Positions 37,201 to 52,200 of a DNA stretch of 64,000 nt are shown one piece after another. This DNA comes from Phoronis australis (Eukaryota; Animalia; Phoronida). The stretch is from the NCBI GenBank assembly GCA_002633005.1, contig NMRA01000578.1:7298-71297 (forward strand). Direction: 5' to 3'. Position 1 is the first letter of the stretch, and every line of letters begins with the position of its first letter. Below the pieces are notes generated by a model. It was not told the DNA's origin. It did not search any database and saw only the letters and a program-made list of their open reading frames with translations. Made by a program: the position numbers and the translations under genes.

Positions 37201-40200
37201 TCCGTGTCAGTTTCGCTGGATCAAAAGTTGGTGTCTAAACGGGACTTTAGCTAAGATAGGCAGAACTTCCGATTTAATATTCATACAGTTAATTGATGTG
37301 GCTCGGGAAGATGGTCGTTCATATGGAAAATTATCTTGACATGTGTTGCAAAGTTCGACATTAAAACGCTCACAAACATCTTAGCCGGACATGTAATCTT
37401 TGATAAAGCAGATGCCAGGTGAATAATAAGTTACTGAATAACAGATGCCTAATACACAATCATTGACACAGCAGAACAAAGCGGAGATTTACTCTTGCGG
37501 TCAATGTTTCCCTACAACAGTGAAGTTGGTTCATATGTCACACACTACGGAAAGACAGAATAAGTAACACCTGATATCACTTACCAGGAGGCAAACCAAC
37601 CCCAGGTGGTCGAACACCAGGAGGACGTAGTGGGGGTGGCCTCAACATGGCACCGGGCGGTACAACTGGGAAGCCTGGGGGAGGGACGTATGGACCTGGA
37701 GGTCGAACGTGTAGAGGAGCAACAGCTCTTGGGTCAGTTATGGGAAATGGGGCCCTGTAGCCAGGAGGAGGCCTGTGAAGAAAATGGTAGCAACACTGAG
37801 TGCAAGGACATTAATCAACTAAGGACGGATGATGCAATAGAGTCTAGTGATGAAACATTAACGTATTGAGCCTGAGCTAAGACTTTGTGAAACAAAAATT
37901 TCAGTGGATTTCCTAGACAATATTGGTGTTGGACTCTCGAGACCTAAATATGAAAAGCACCCAAAGCTGCCAATCAAGTCCGTATATTAGATGTCACAAT
38001 GGAATTATGCTGTTATGTTGTAAACTTGTGTTTCCTTCTTCCAACAATGCAGCGATCAATATTTCTAGAGCCCAAGGAGAGTGGGATAATTTGTTCTACT
38101 TGACTCCATGTCATGCCGCATGACAATACACACTGCTAACACTTACCCTGAGCGAGGAGGTATACCATTCACCATAGGTGGTCTAATAACTGATGCTGTG
38201 AAAAAAGAACAGAGACTGTGAACACTTACAGGTACATCAATTTCATAACATTTCCTCTGTTGACTATGAAATTGTGGCTTTAACACTAGACTAACTGCAT
38301 AACTAGGAGCATTAAGATGACGGCATTACGAATCCATGCATATGTGGGCACATAAAAAACAAAACAAAACAAAACAATACACCTCAAAAAATGAACCAAA
38401 AGGATGATTTTCATGTGGATTTAATGAAGAAAAAATTCTGTAGATTGGCAACCTAATTTAATGCAATAATCTGAGTTCCAAGTACCCTAGGGGTTTCTGT
38501 GACACTGTTTCCAAACACTGCATAGTACTCCTTTATGTTTGCAACTAATTCCACTCGAAAAATTCACTTACAAGATGGATAATGCGCAGCAAGATGAACA
38601 GGCGTATGCGTTGAAGATGGCACACCAGGCTGAGTGGATGCAGGTGTCAGCTGGCCCTGGACTGGAGTGGCAGCTTGGGGAACACCCGGAGCTGTAGCTT
38701 GAGGAACAACCGAGCTGGTAGCTTGAGAAACTGCCGGGGTGGCAGCTTGATGAACCACTGGAGCGGTAACCTGTGGAGCATCAGTGGAATGTAACAGTAC
38801 ATTGTTATACCTGAAGTGCTCAGTAATATCATCGATTATCAGACAGCTTGCTGATGCATTATGCCCGAAACTTTCCTTACTTCAAAAGTGTTGAACAGGA
38901 GATACATTATCAAAACACACCAGCTACAGCATGAGTTTTGTTGAATATCAGATAAAATACCACCACACTAAACAAAGTCATAGACAAAAGTTTTCCTCGA
39001 GGCCACAAGAGCCACTGTGATTTACACAAACTCTGGACCACGGTGTGAATGAATACCTTGTTAAATAACACGGTAAACATTTGGGGTGCCAAGTTTCGCC
39101 AGTGAAGTAACTGCTAAGACAGACTCCCAGGTTGCATATAAACTGCTAACCTGCTAAAGTGATGACACCAACTAAGGCTTATCCCAAACAGGTTATTGCT
39201 AAAAAGTTGGGTTACTCGTCTCGGGTGAAAACTAAGCATTGTACTAAACTAGCTAGACAGTGGTACTTTTGAAAACTTCAGACAAAGTATGGCAAGCATC
39301 TCACTTTCATGGTAACTAAAGGAGTTCAGACATATTTTGCATACTAAATGGTAATAGTCTTACGGATGACTGCATTTTGAGAACCAGTTTGATAATTATT
39401 GTTCAGTGGAGAAAACTGGTTATAAAAATGTGGAACACCTGTACCCACAACAGCGTTTCAAACGCAAAACATGTTGTACAGTCAAGCACAGCAATATGGT
39501 GCAAGCCCCATTTGACATTAGAGACAACACTAGAAGTGGCTTCACTTCACTGGTGATGAAATTGTTCAAAACACAAACATTATCCAATGTCTGTAATGCT
39601 TTTTAATACACTTACCTGAGTGGTGACTACAATGCCTGGTGCAGGCATGCTGGCCTGGAGTACATTGGCGGCACTAACATGAGACTGAGAAGGCACACTG
39701 CAATAAATAGAAGTTAGTAACGTGGCAAGCAAAATAACTACATTGCTTTGGATTAGGGGGAAACAGTTCGGAACAAAGATAACTGCTAAAATTACAATTT
39801 CTCTAAGGCTTACCATTTGCCAGTTTAAAACTTGTTTTTCCTCAGATTAGAGGTGACCGTGGGCTATTGAAAAACATTTCGTCACACAGGAAAGGGAGCT
39901 CGATCAGTCATCTTGTCATGATGACATGTCATTTTATGTGACGAGCAGTTTTGAGCAGTAATGACTGTAAGTTCTTCTCAAGATCAGAAATTTTCTTTAA
40001 GTTGAGTCAGGAACATGTTGAGACTTGTTTTACAGTGGCAAGTGGTCTATTTCAAAAGTTTTATAATTCTTAGCTGGAAAAAAGGTTTATAGCAGCTTTA
40101 ACAGAAATATTTGAAAACTCTTGCTCATTACAGGTGAAAATCTCAAAATTTACACAGATAAGAGTGTGTACAGAAGAGAGTTAAAATATTTTTAGCACAA

Positions 40201-43200
40201 GAACTTCTTTTAGCCATCTTTCTGAGAAAAACAATAGTAGACAGTACACATCACTACAGAAATTCTTTAATGAGCATAACAGTTTTTTCAAAGTAATCCA
40301 TCACATCACTCACGGAGTTGCCTGAGTAGCTTGATACGGTTGACTTAGTGTCGACGGCAGCACTGAGACAGTCTGCTGTGCTAGGACTGCTGTGGAGCTC
40401 TGTTGTACAACAGGCTGCGCTGCAACAACAGGAGGAGCCACGTGCTGCTGTCGTATTTCAGCAGGAGCCTGTGCCAGGGAGGATTGGGCTGCTTCGGTGG
40501 GCTTCACAGTTCCTACCACATTCTGCAGCCTCTTGGTCACCGACGTGTAGCCAGTATCGTTGAGGAAGCTGTTGACAGCCTGCCGGAGGAACTTGTTGGC
40601 CACCAGGTTATCTGGCGAGCAATAGGCGTGACAGATGGGACACTCGTGGTCTTCATGGTTCAGCAGCGCCGTTCTTATGCCTGCCACAAATGAAAAACTG
40701 TGTCAAGGATGCACTTATTGTACATCACCATAATTCCGTTGTTTCTCAATTGTATCTTCACTCATCAACGCATTTTTTCAAATAGTGTAGACACAGGGCA
40801 ACTACAGGAAAGCATGAAATTTCTAACATATTTATTGAGGATGTAACTGTTTTTGCATAAGCCAATGTGCTTCTTGCCATCAACCAACCAGCCACACTTT
40901 ACACTATTACAAGCAGAAAATCGGCATAAAAATCTTCCTGGTGCAGTTAGTGGAAATGAGCTCTAAATCTTATAGAAACAGAATGTGAAGATAATATTGA
41001 TTACACTTAACAACTACCATGGGAAATACGATAATTACATTATATAGTCTCTTCAAAGCATCAGCGAAAACACGATTGTCACTTCAAAAAGTATTAACCA
41101 AAACCTACACTCATCACAGAAGCTGTCACCGCAACATGGTGTCACCACAGCATCTGTGAGAAGATCCTTGCACAGGGCACAGGTGAGTTCCTTCGGTACG
41201 AATCTTTCCGTTTGTATTGGAGCTTTCTTAGTTTCCTTCTCTTTGTATGCCAGTGAATCGACCGCTGGCATGACGTACATACCACTATTCGTGACATATA
41301 CGCCTTTTGCGTTCGGATCAGCACTCACAAGGTGGCTCTGAGGTATCCCTGTACTACGCTTGTACTGGATGTCACCCGGTTCCTACAACGACGAGTCACC
41401 ATCTAATATGGCATGTGTGCATATTTTTCAAAATAATACAGGAATACACTTGCTTTGTATCGCTAATTTAGTGCTGCTTGGGACTCAAATTCACATAAAT
41501 GAATGATGGAGGTGTAGAAACAGTTCAGTTTCCATTCTTTAAGGTTATGAAGGACCCTATCGACATGTATGTTCATATAGCTATATATCTACAGAACTGA
41601 AGAAATTTTAAGAGAATACATAATTCATGAAACATTTTATTTTCATTTTTATGCAACTTTTTTTCATAAAAATCATGAAACAGTCCTATTATGGTTGCCC
41701 GTCATGCAAAAGTGTAACGTTTTAGGAAAGTTCCAACAATGTTTTGGTGTCAACAGTGCATAAAGCATAGTATCTGAAAATTTTAATGAATACCGTCGGC
41801 CATTTCTCAGGTATCATGTTTTTCTACGGTCCTAAATAACCTTAATGATATGACCATCTTCACCAATCAGACTATGTAGCTGTATTACAAAATGAAGCTA
41901 TTCACTAAATATTCAATATTCATGACAAATTCAATCTCTATTCCTTAATAAAACCAATTAACGAGGATGAACATTTCAGATGTTGAAGCAACCACTGTAC
42001 TCCATTTAGTCTGTGGTATTGTAGAGTACTTAAAAACACAAAGCAAATAGTTCTTGCTCCAAAAAACAATAACTTTCAAAAGTGGTGCTGCATGGGGCTC
42101 AAACGATATACAGTAACATGGCAACTCTGCTACACACATTTAAACAAAACGTTCACTTTCCCTATTCAAGTGCAACTCACAGGTTTATAAGGGCAGTTAG
42201 TGATATAATGTCCCCCTTGGTGGCACCTATAACATCTGTAGTAGGGCGGTGGAGGTCCAACAGGTCTTGTTTTCTGGTAACTATTTAAACAAACAGATCG
42301 TGACCACTCAAGGTGAACTAAAACAACACAATGTCTTAAGAAAAAAGTCTGCAATTTCACCAAAATGACAAATAAACTACTAAAAACATGTACAGCCACC
42401 AAATTCATCTTTTAATATAACTGCACAGAAAACACACACCACATTCCTTTAGAGCAGCTATGAACACGCATTCCATAAAAACTAACTTCTCTTTCAGACC
42501 TCTTGGCACATATTGTTGGGAAATTTGCTTCAACTTGTTTCCAAATAAATTCACCAATAATTTCTGGTCTTAGAAGGAACTCTCGATTCAATTAGCCAAA
42601 GAAAGGCTATAATATTAGTTGGCATTTCATGGTGGGTATGTTATGCTTGGTCTCTAACATTAAGCAACCACTTCTTGTCAGAGCAAGGAACTATTCAGAA
42701 CTTTTTTTACAGGTGTAAACCAAAACCTGACTTCATTGACTGATGAACGCTTCAAAGCAACTTTAAAGGGTGTTTGACAAGTTTTATGACACATGTAGAT
42801 CACAACCATCATTTAAATAATGCGGAGTGAGTATCTGTAACACCACATCTTACAGAAGAAATCACCTTTAGTTATCTGTCTCAAATCCATTTTCTAATCA
42901 TTGGAATATCAGAACTCTGCAACATTATAGATTATTTAAATAAACTATAAATTGATGTTCATTAAAGATACATTGAGCACTGTAACATGACCACTATTTT
43001 GGGACATCCCATTTCACACTATAACAAATAATATGCTAAAGCAAATCAGCACTTTCTCTTCAATGGTTATACCATGTCAAAAACAAGCTCATTGCTATAA
43101 TTTTTATCTTCATAAATATTTCATCCAACTTAAAAGTCGTCCATTTTTGATCAGGTGGTGTAGCGCTCAATCCAACTTCAATACAACTACAGTAAAATTC

Positions 43201-46200
43201 ACATACATCAGATACACCTGCAAAAAGAGGTTTTATCCGATTAAACGAAAGCTGACTAAATGAACGGCCAAGTGCACTAACTAAAACAACCATTCTGCAG
43301 ACCTTTGTACGAGTTAAGCGAGCTTTACTGAAAACAATTAAACCCCTTAGGCCATCCTTGAAATAATGTCTCGTTTCCCCATCACATGACTCCGACTCTT
43401 CCAAAATGAGTAAAAAAAAAACAGTGCATGTGGCCTGATGCTCAAGATGGGTAGGTCAGCCAATAAAATGTTATATTTTTCTACTTTCATCTCTGTGGCA
43501 TTATTCTTGTTGCAGAAACGTTTTGTTTTGATGATGGATTTTTTTCAAAGATAGAAAATAGAATGTTTTGATTTGCACACATTTTTTAAGGTCAGTCGTG
43601 TGAGGGGCGACAAAACCTTAATTTCAATTAGGCCTTATCAACCTACTTAGAAACATCATAATCTCTAGTAGACTGGTCCATCATAGCCTTGATTTTGTCA
43701 CCTTCCGAAGCCTTTGCATTTAGAAGATCAGGGGTCTGAAATAATGCAATCAATCCAGCTATGTGGATAACATCACACTAATGTCTGGACACCATGCATG
43801 ACTCTTACTATCCTTTCAAAATACTGTGGAATTTTAAACTTTGGTATGTTAGGGCTTGGAATGACTGACAAAAAAGAGGAAAATTTTACAGGTGATGAAT
43901 CGTTCCACAAATAAATGTAAATAGGCTTGTGTGACAGAAACATTTTTTGTGTTGTAAAATTAAAGTGAAATAACCATTTTTGCATGAATAAAATAATGAT
44001 GAAAAAGAGACAAAAGAATAAGAAACTGGAAATCAAATGAGAAGAAATAGAATCCAAAAAAGAGGAAATCCTCTTAAAAGAGGAAAATTCCAAGCCCTGG
44101 TATGACTATGTACAGTTGTATTTAAAAAGGCTGAAAAATCGGCAAATGAAGTTTCAACCCTTTTTCGGATAAAATGTTATTTTTTGTCTATCGTAGTTTC
44201 CTTAAGGACTATCAATGTATTTTAAATGGAGCTAGATGAATTTTAGCAAAGTACTTTTGAAAACTACAGCAATAATAGAACATACACAAGAAAAAAATTC
44301 ATCACCTCCAATAAACATGAACACATTTGGCCACTGTCGCAAATAAAATGCAATATTATCAATAAAAGAAGCTGCTACTGAAAGGTATTTAGGTTCAGCT
44401 GATTACTTAAGTATCAAGTCACACATTTCAACTTACAAGCTTCAGTTACTCAAAATGTACATACAAGCCACAGAATAAATTATCAGTCTGCTAAATATCA
44501 ATGTATAGAACTACAAACAAGTGACTTCCAGGCAAACAATTTTCCCAAAACCAAGAAATGTTAAAAGATTTTAACAAATAAGCCATTTTTGTCTAACCAT
44601 GCTTGTAACTTAACAGAGATGGGCAAGTCACTCCCGGAAATCCTGCATTTTGAGAACCAGTTTTCACTACTAAATAATGGGCCCCAAACTGGTTCTCTAA
44701 ATCTGGGACCTCCTGTAAGTGACTACTGCCTAAAATGTTGGCACTTCTCTTTATGTTTCTAAGAGCTTGAAGATAGCATGGCTCGCAAGTTATAGTCTCA
44801 CTGTTACCACGTCCGTGTGAATGCCAACAAGATCCGTTATTTAGATGCACACACAGAAGGATGTGCAAGAACAAAATCATTTAGCAAAATTAGTGTACAC
44901 AAGGAGAAACAAACAGTAATAACACACCACTATGTACAATGTTACCTGTTTAAAGATACATAAGACAGTACTTGAAAGATTATTTTCTCTAGCAAGTAGA
45001 CAAAAGAAGAACTTCCAAGTCATAATCGTTTCTCGGTAATAGTCTGATATAACATGCCCGCATTTTGGGAACCAGTTTTCTCCACTAAATAATGGCCATT
45101 AACTGGTTCTAAAATGCAGGTCTGATAAATCGGACTATTCCCAATAGGCCCATAATACCCATGGGGATCAGAACAGTTTGACAAAATAATTTGATTAATA
45201 AGCAGATCTAAACAAACTTAAGGTACAAGTATCTTAACCATCCCAAATGAATTAATTATCCCATACACACCACGAAATCATCGTCCATAATTTTCGCGAA
45301 CATGTGAATCCACACTAACAAAGGGAAAACTCAAAGGCCACTTTACATTGTGAGTACTGCTTTCAATTTATAATTGATCCGTTTTTACTTCTATGCTGAA
45401 GAACAGTGCTGAGGTTTTGAACCTGCCAATGTTGACAGAAATTCAATTGCCAGGAAATTAAGATCAATTAAAGCAAAAAATCGTTTCACAGAGCACAATC
45501 ATAAGAACACAGCTTTAGTGAGGTTACAATATCAGAATGTTTTTCAAGAATAGCTGCTTGAAGATTGTTACAAGTTATGCAATAACACACCAATAGCAGG
45601 TTAAATGATGAAGATAAAAAACAAGATTTAACAAGTGCTCCAAACCTGCCTTCTCTCTAAAAAATTGATTTTGGCCACTTACGCAATACATATGGGTAGA
45701 TTTGTAGATGCAAGAATCTCGCTAAGGAAGCTTGTGTGACCACGTGCTTCCCTTGCAATACATGGTGATATCATGCAAGTTCTTGCTTTTCTCACAAAAA
45801 ACTAGGTCTACAGAATGCACACATCTCAATTCACTCCTTACTCAGATGAGAGGTGACTAAGGGCTCAGGAACAATTGACTGTTCATAATCACTCCCAGAC
45901 CATGTTCAGCACATGAAATGACCAGCCAGGCCAAGTCATCTAGCTGAGCACAATCTTGAACTAAAATGAACTCTTATTTTTTTTCCAAAATCACAAGTTG
46001 ACATCAGATTTATTATTGTAAGTGGCCTAAATCAACAATCAACCTATCGCCAGCATTTTGAGTGATGGCTAATTGACCAATTAGAACGCAACATTCTTGA
46101 CACACCTTCGTCTGAATTTCCAAGCCCCCATTTTACCTGACAAACAAAATGTTGTCAGTGAGTTTTCACAAGGGGGCAGAGCTTGCAATAGGTCAAGCCA

Positions 46201-49200
46201 ATGAGCTATAGGGTCAACCTATCGCCAGGATTTTGACTGACAGGATAACTAAATAATCTGAATGAAACATTCTTGACACACGTTTGTCGGCATTTCCAAA
46301 ACGTCATTTTACCTACAAGCACGTTGTCGGTGACTTTTCAGAAAGGGGCGGAGCTTGCGATAGGTCAATTCCTTTCTTATAATTGGGAAGGTTCATAGCA
46401 TTGAAACAAACACAAAGCAGTCCCATAAATATACATTAGAATGTTAAACAAAGGAACAGCATAGCAACAGCAAGTTCGCCATAATTAGGTGCTGTAAATT
46501 GTTCTTTCAAGTAACATCTATTATATTGCGTCATACAACTTATCGACTCGGGGACTCCACAGAGAAGGACTGACTTTAAAGTCCACCCTACCACTCAGAA
46601 GACTGTTTTCCGTTGCCTCACATCATCACAGGACAAAAAGTTCCCATGGCAACAAGATTTTTTTTTAATCTCTCAAGTCTCACAAAGCTTTGAATTGCTG
46701 TTAACATACATCTTGTTTTAGGTCCCAGAATTTTTTTGATAAAAACAATTTCTCGGGAGATGGAGTCCCACAATTCACCCATCATAGACGTCATGGTTAC
46801 AAGGAAGTTACATCAAAAATATTTCAATTTTGGGTCAAAAAGAATGGCTATAGTCACAATTCTTTGTATTTTTCCAAAGCTTGCTACATTGCTACAAATG
46901 CTGCAACCTTTTACCAAATGTTCTTTGGGGATGTCTTTACCTTACACAACGTGCTGACAGCAAAATAATTTTCTTGAGTTAATTTTTTTGAAAAATTTGA
47001 CAAAATAAAAATTAACAAGAAATGTTTACTTTGTTGTTAGCACGGTGTGCAAGATACAATCGCCACAATCAATCGTGGGGGCTTTCAAAAAGCATTTTCA
47101 CACCAACACCGCATTCTCTGGCTAGAAACATACACTCCTGCAGGTTTTGTGGATTTTCTGTGAAAAATTGCCAGCAGTACATTCCTCTGAATGATCGTAC
47201 CCTCAACAATAACACGGAATTAATTACATTACACTGTGCCCAAAAGTTTTTCACCATCGTAAGAAGCAAGGGTTATAAGGCCACGTCACCACAAACTTGT
47301 TCTCAGAACAATCATAATTGTTTCTCAACACGTTGAAGAAACACCCTAGAAACAGGTAAAAACAGACAACTTGAGCCCAAACCCCCCACTATTTCACTTT
47401 CTACATGGTTCTTACTTCGACTGCATATCGGCGAGTTTTCAGTTCTTTATTTTCCACGATTTCCAGATCGTACCGAGAACTACTTGGTGTGACAGGGCAC
47501 ATGCCTACATGATAAACATGAAGCTAACATTTCTTGTGTTTGCTTAAAAAGTTTACCCAGGAAGTCAATATATTTGTGTTACAGAAGTCGCAAGGCTTTT
47601 CTGTAACTGTACCTGAGTGAGTTGTTCCAAAGTCATTTCTTTCACTTGGTTAACCTCATGCTGTAGTAGGGAGAAACAGAAAATAAAACATTCATACAAT
47701 CACAGTGATAAAAACAGTAGAGAAAATTCACACCCAGCTTAGAAAGGTGTGACCAGGTCGTGGGTTAATCGTGACATACAGCTGATTTTCCAGTTGTCCT
47801 GAGCAGGAGGTATGTCCTGAACCAAAAAGCGTCTGGACTTGCAAATGCAGGCTCGTTGCTTCGAAAATATCCAGTTTATCTCGAGGGAAACTGGTATGGA
47901 ATGGGGCAAACCACTTTCGTTTTTGGGGCAGACCACTTTTGAGCAAATAGTCAAATACATAATGTAATATATCATTCCGGACCTAAACATGTTAAAAAGC
48001 GTAGCGATTTCGAAACCAGTGCCTGCTCAGCAGGGTATAGATTTACACTCTATAAGCTTGAGCCGAAACCTGATGAATGACGCATCCGATTGTGAGTGTG
48101 CGGCAGTAGCATTAAATCTTCGCTGAAAACAGTCAATTGGTTCACCAACAAGACACATCCACTTGTCCATCTCTTAATGCTCAGCTACAGTTCACGCGCA
48201 CTCAAATTTCGGTAATAAAAATGTTTACTGTTTTCGCAGAAACAAGACTGAGATCAACATCGGTGAGACAGCACAAAATGTCAAGAATGAAACCAGTTCG
48301 TTTTTGCGCAAAAAAAACTTGGTTGTCTAAAGCTAGTGATGGAATATTTCACGTCGACATCTGTATGCTTGCAAGCGCGCAGCACAAAAATAAAAGCATA
48401 GTTGTCAATATACATGTTTATTGTCTTCCGGCATGAGGCAACGGTACGAGGCATCGGTCAACAGCACAAGAACCAGTTACGTAGGCAATGAACTCGTCAA
48501 GAGGACAACCTTGCGAATTGACATTTGAGGATGATAGCACACAAGGAACGTGGACTGTCGTGTCGAGTAAAAGCAGTTAGAAATGTTTCCTATTACATGT
48601 GCCAAATGAATGTGCCAACATAACCTACACCTGTAATTCAGTGCACTGAAATATTGTTTCTACTTTGGTCACACTACCAAAGATACAGAAACTATTTCAA
48701 AGCCAGACTTATTCATATACAGTTTCAATTTTCAACTCTAATGACAAGACAGGTTCTGAAATCGATGGCAGGATACTAAAACGCTGCGGGCTAGAAGCTC
48801 TTTTTACCAAATGCCATATGTCCAGTTCTAACCAAGATATTTGCATCTCAAACTTTACTGGCACTCAAAAGTGGTTTACAAGGGTGGATCCGAACATGAA
48901 GGTGTCGAGGAAGAACCAACCATTTTCTCTTTGCTGCAGAAGAATCTGAAGCACTCACAATATTCATTTCTACTCAGATCTCCTTGTACACAATTCTGGA
49001 TCCAAGGCAGGCTTAGAAAATGGTTGTATGAATAACAATAGCATCAATGGCTGTGTTTTTCATAGGAGAGAAGTAGTATGGCATTTGCAATCATGTGTTT
49101 ACAACTGTCTTGGCTAGGACCAGGCATATGATTTATGACAAAATGGGCCCTCAGACAACCTAATCCAAAGGCCAGACTTTACTCTATAACCGGAGGATCA

Positions 49201-52200
49201 GATAGTGTGCTTCAAACTTAGTAACACAGTGGGTAAAAAACAGAACAGGCACTCCATGGTTTCACCACCCCCACATAGCATTTCCAATCCAATGGAACAT
49301 TTTCCACATTCCATTGTAGATTGGTGAAATTAATTGCAAATGAAGAGGCAATGTAAACTGAACTTAAAGAACTCCTTTCCCCAAATTTATATGTCCCTAC
49401 AGGTCATGCGACTCAACGTGCATTCCGCATGCTGAAAAGACTGACCCATGAACACTAACAAGACAAATTCTCATTCCCAGACAAATGACTGCAGTAAAAT
49501 ATTATCAATTTAGGACACAATGGGATGGACAAACAAAATTTTATTTACTGTTTCAGAAACAATAAACACCACAAAGAACAGTTTTTGGATATAGCTTTAA
49601 ATAAACATGTCTATGCTTTTGATGATCATACTCATATGAAGACACTTCGCTTTAAACTTAAAAGGCATCTTCAGTAAGAACAAAGTTAGGCCAAAACAGC
49701 AACGTTGGTTCTGGTCTCTACCCAGACTCATTTTAAGTTTTGTCATCAGGCTAAAAAAACAATGCACACCCATGTCAATTTCTGCACAAAGGCAAAAGAA
49801 AGGTAAAAAACAATACAAGTCCTTATCATTTTTGTTAGACTCAGGTGGATTTTTTGAAAAGGTGAGCAACTAAAAGAATACAGCTCTGCAGACTCCAACT
49901 CTCAAAGAGATTAGAAAAAATACATGCTTGTATGGCCCAACTTCCAAATAGACTGGGACAACGAAGCTTGTATTTAAACCAACAGACCACTCTTGGGCTT
50001 TCCCTCCAGTACACTATGGGGACAAAAACACCATCCGACTGCATAACCTTGCCCAAGGTCTACAGCCTGGCATACGGAAAATCAGCACGCCATGTAAACC
50101 TTGGGCAAATTCCAGCTGTGCATTATCGTTAAGTCGGACAAAAATCCAGCACGCGCAGCTCTCAAAAGGACTATTGCCATGGCACAATGTATGAAGAAGT
50201 TGACTATACCAACTGGTTGATGCAACCACTCACTGGAGATGGTTTTAGTTTAAAGCATATGTCCACTATTTAATGATCATCAATAACATCGTTCATTTGT
50301 ATTCAGCAGTCTGGACGGTTCAGCGCATCCAGAGGCTCAAAGGAAATTCTTCAGATTTTACACCAGGAGAAATTGAACTTCACAGGACATATCCCAAAAT
50401 AATTTTCTATATATTTGAAATGCAGCGTCTTGTCACACAACAAAACCAAACTGAGCCCCTTATAAATCATAAGTTTCTGTATTAGTTAACAATTCAGTGT
50501 TCTCCACAACTGAAACCCCAAACGTGTTGAAAGTGAGAACGCCAAAAATCAAGTCGTCTTTAGTAAGCATTTTCTCACCTTATTACCCACAAGGCATTTA
50601 TTCAATTTCAATGTGCTACGGGTCAGTTGTTGCTCATAAGCCTAATAATTAGTAGTAACTGCATCGCTAATGTTGGTGCTTTCCACAACAGAATTTCCAA
50701 ACTCTACAAACATTTACGTTTCACGTACATCGCGAGGTCCTGGGTGTACTTTTACAGTGAAGGCTTTCTGGACAAGGGGAAATGTACTTATTATAAGTTT
50801 TCCAAGTACACTAAACCGGTGCTACAAGAGACGTGGGACCCGTTCCATGAAACTGACTCAGTTCACTTCTTACTCAAGCCAAAGATTTGTCTCAACTTCC
50901 AAACTTTGAAATTTCCATATCCTGCAAGTCAAAATTAAGACAAAAAATAAAGTAAAAAATCTAAGGCCTCTTTCTTGAAATGATCTAGAGACAAATTTAA
51001 CTTTTATCTAAAAATTGACTGAAATTTAAGGTTGGTCTTGGCTAAGTCAGTTTTGTTGGAACAGGCCCACACTTTACAAGGTCTCATCAGCAGAACTGTC
51101 CTATTTCAGCCACCAGGTGTCACTATAAGATCAAAGTAATTTAACTAAAAAAACTTCAGCATGAAACTAATGCAAAATTATGGTTACGATGTCAAGACCT
51201 AGGCAGTCAAAAAAGCCATCTAAATGTCCCACAAATTTTTATGAAAAAAATCTCCATAAAAGTACTTGACACCAGTAGCCAGTCAACTCAAAACTCAATA
51301 TCCCTGCCTTGAAAGTTGCAGTAACCAAGTTGCCCAGGCCCAGAAGAATGACGTAATACACAGTGCACAAGCGCAATTTTGTAGTTGCATTCATTGTGCT
51401 TTCTCTGCCGCCCAGGTAGAAACTTCTCCTTAGGTCTAATTACTGGTTTTTAAGTCACCTCAATTCAGTAGTTATTTACAAGTGTGAATAACCATGGATG
51501 CCCATGCCTCGTTTTCCAGACAGATCACCGACCATTCAAACGTGTCGCAAGTGATGGCATACAGGTGGCAGCGACATGTCAAAATTGGTCATGGAGAACA
51601 CTAAATATTGTGTACACTTGTCTTGTCTATTCCCCTTGACAAGAAACTCCGCTATGACTGTGCTTGCTACAACTGGTATTATTTGTGCCGCTGACAGGAA
51701 ATTATCAAGACGATAATTACAGCAACAAACAACAGTTTATTAAAATCTCATGTCAAACGTGTAAACGAATAATCAACAAATTATGTAAAAATACATAATC
51801 AACAACATGACAATATACGATATCAACAATTCACGTGGTGTAAACCCACTAAAAGACTCATCAGAAGTAGAAAACTCAACAACAGAGTATAAGTAAACTT
51901 TACAAAAACAATACAGAACTGGCATTCGAGGCTGAACTACACCCGAGAACACGCGCGTTACATTATGACCTAGGTAATGCATGCGTCAACTCAAGTGGAC
52001 ACCATCGAACGAGACTACACCAGCTGGCCCATGGTCACTGCACCACAGCCACTCTAACCGACCACGCTATATGTACTTACTACCCGCGTCAACAGAAAGT
52101 AACAGAATATATTACGTACTCCCTTTGGCGAGCTTGCCGACCGATCTTGTTCGCTGAAAAGTACAAAGTATCGGGTAAACTATAACATCTAACTTGCATC

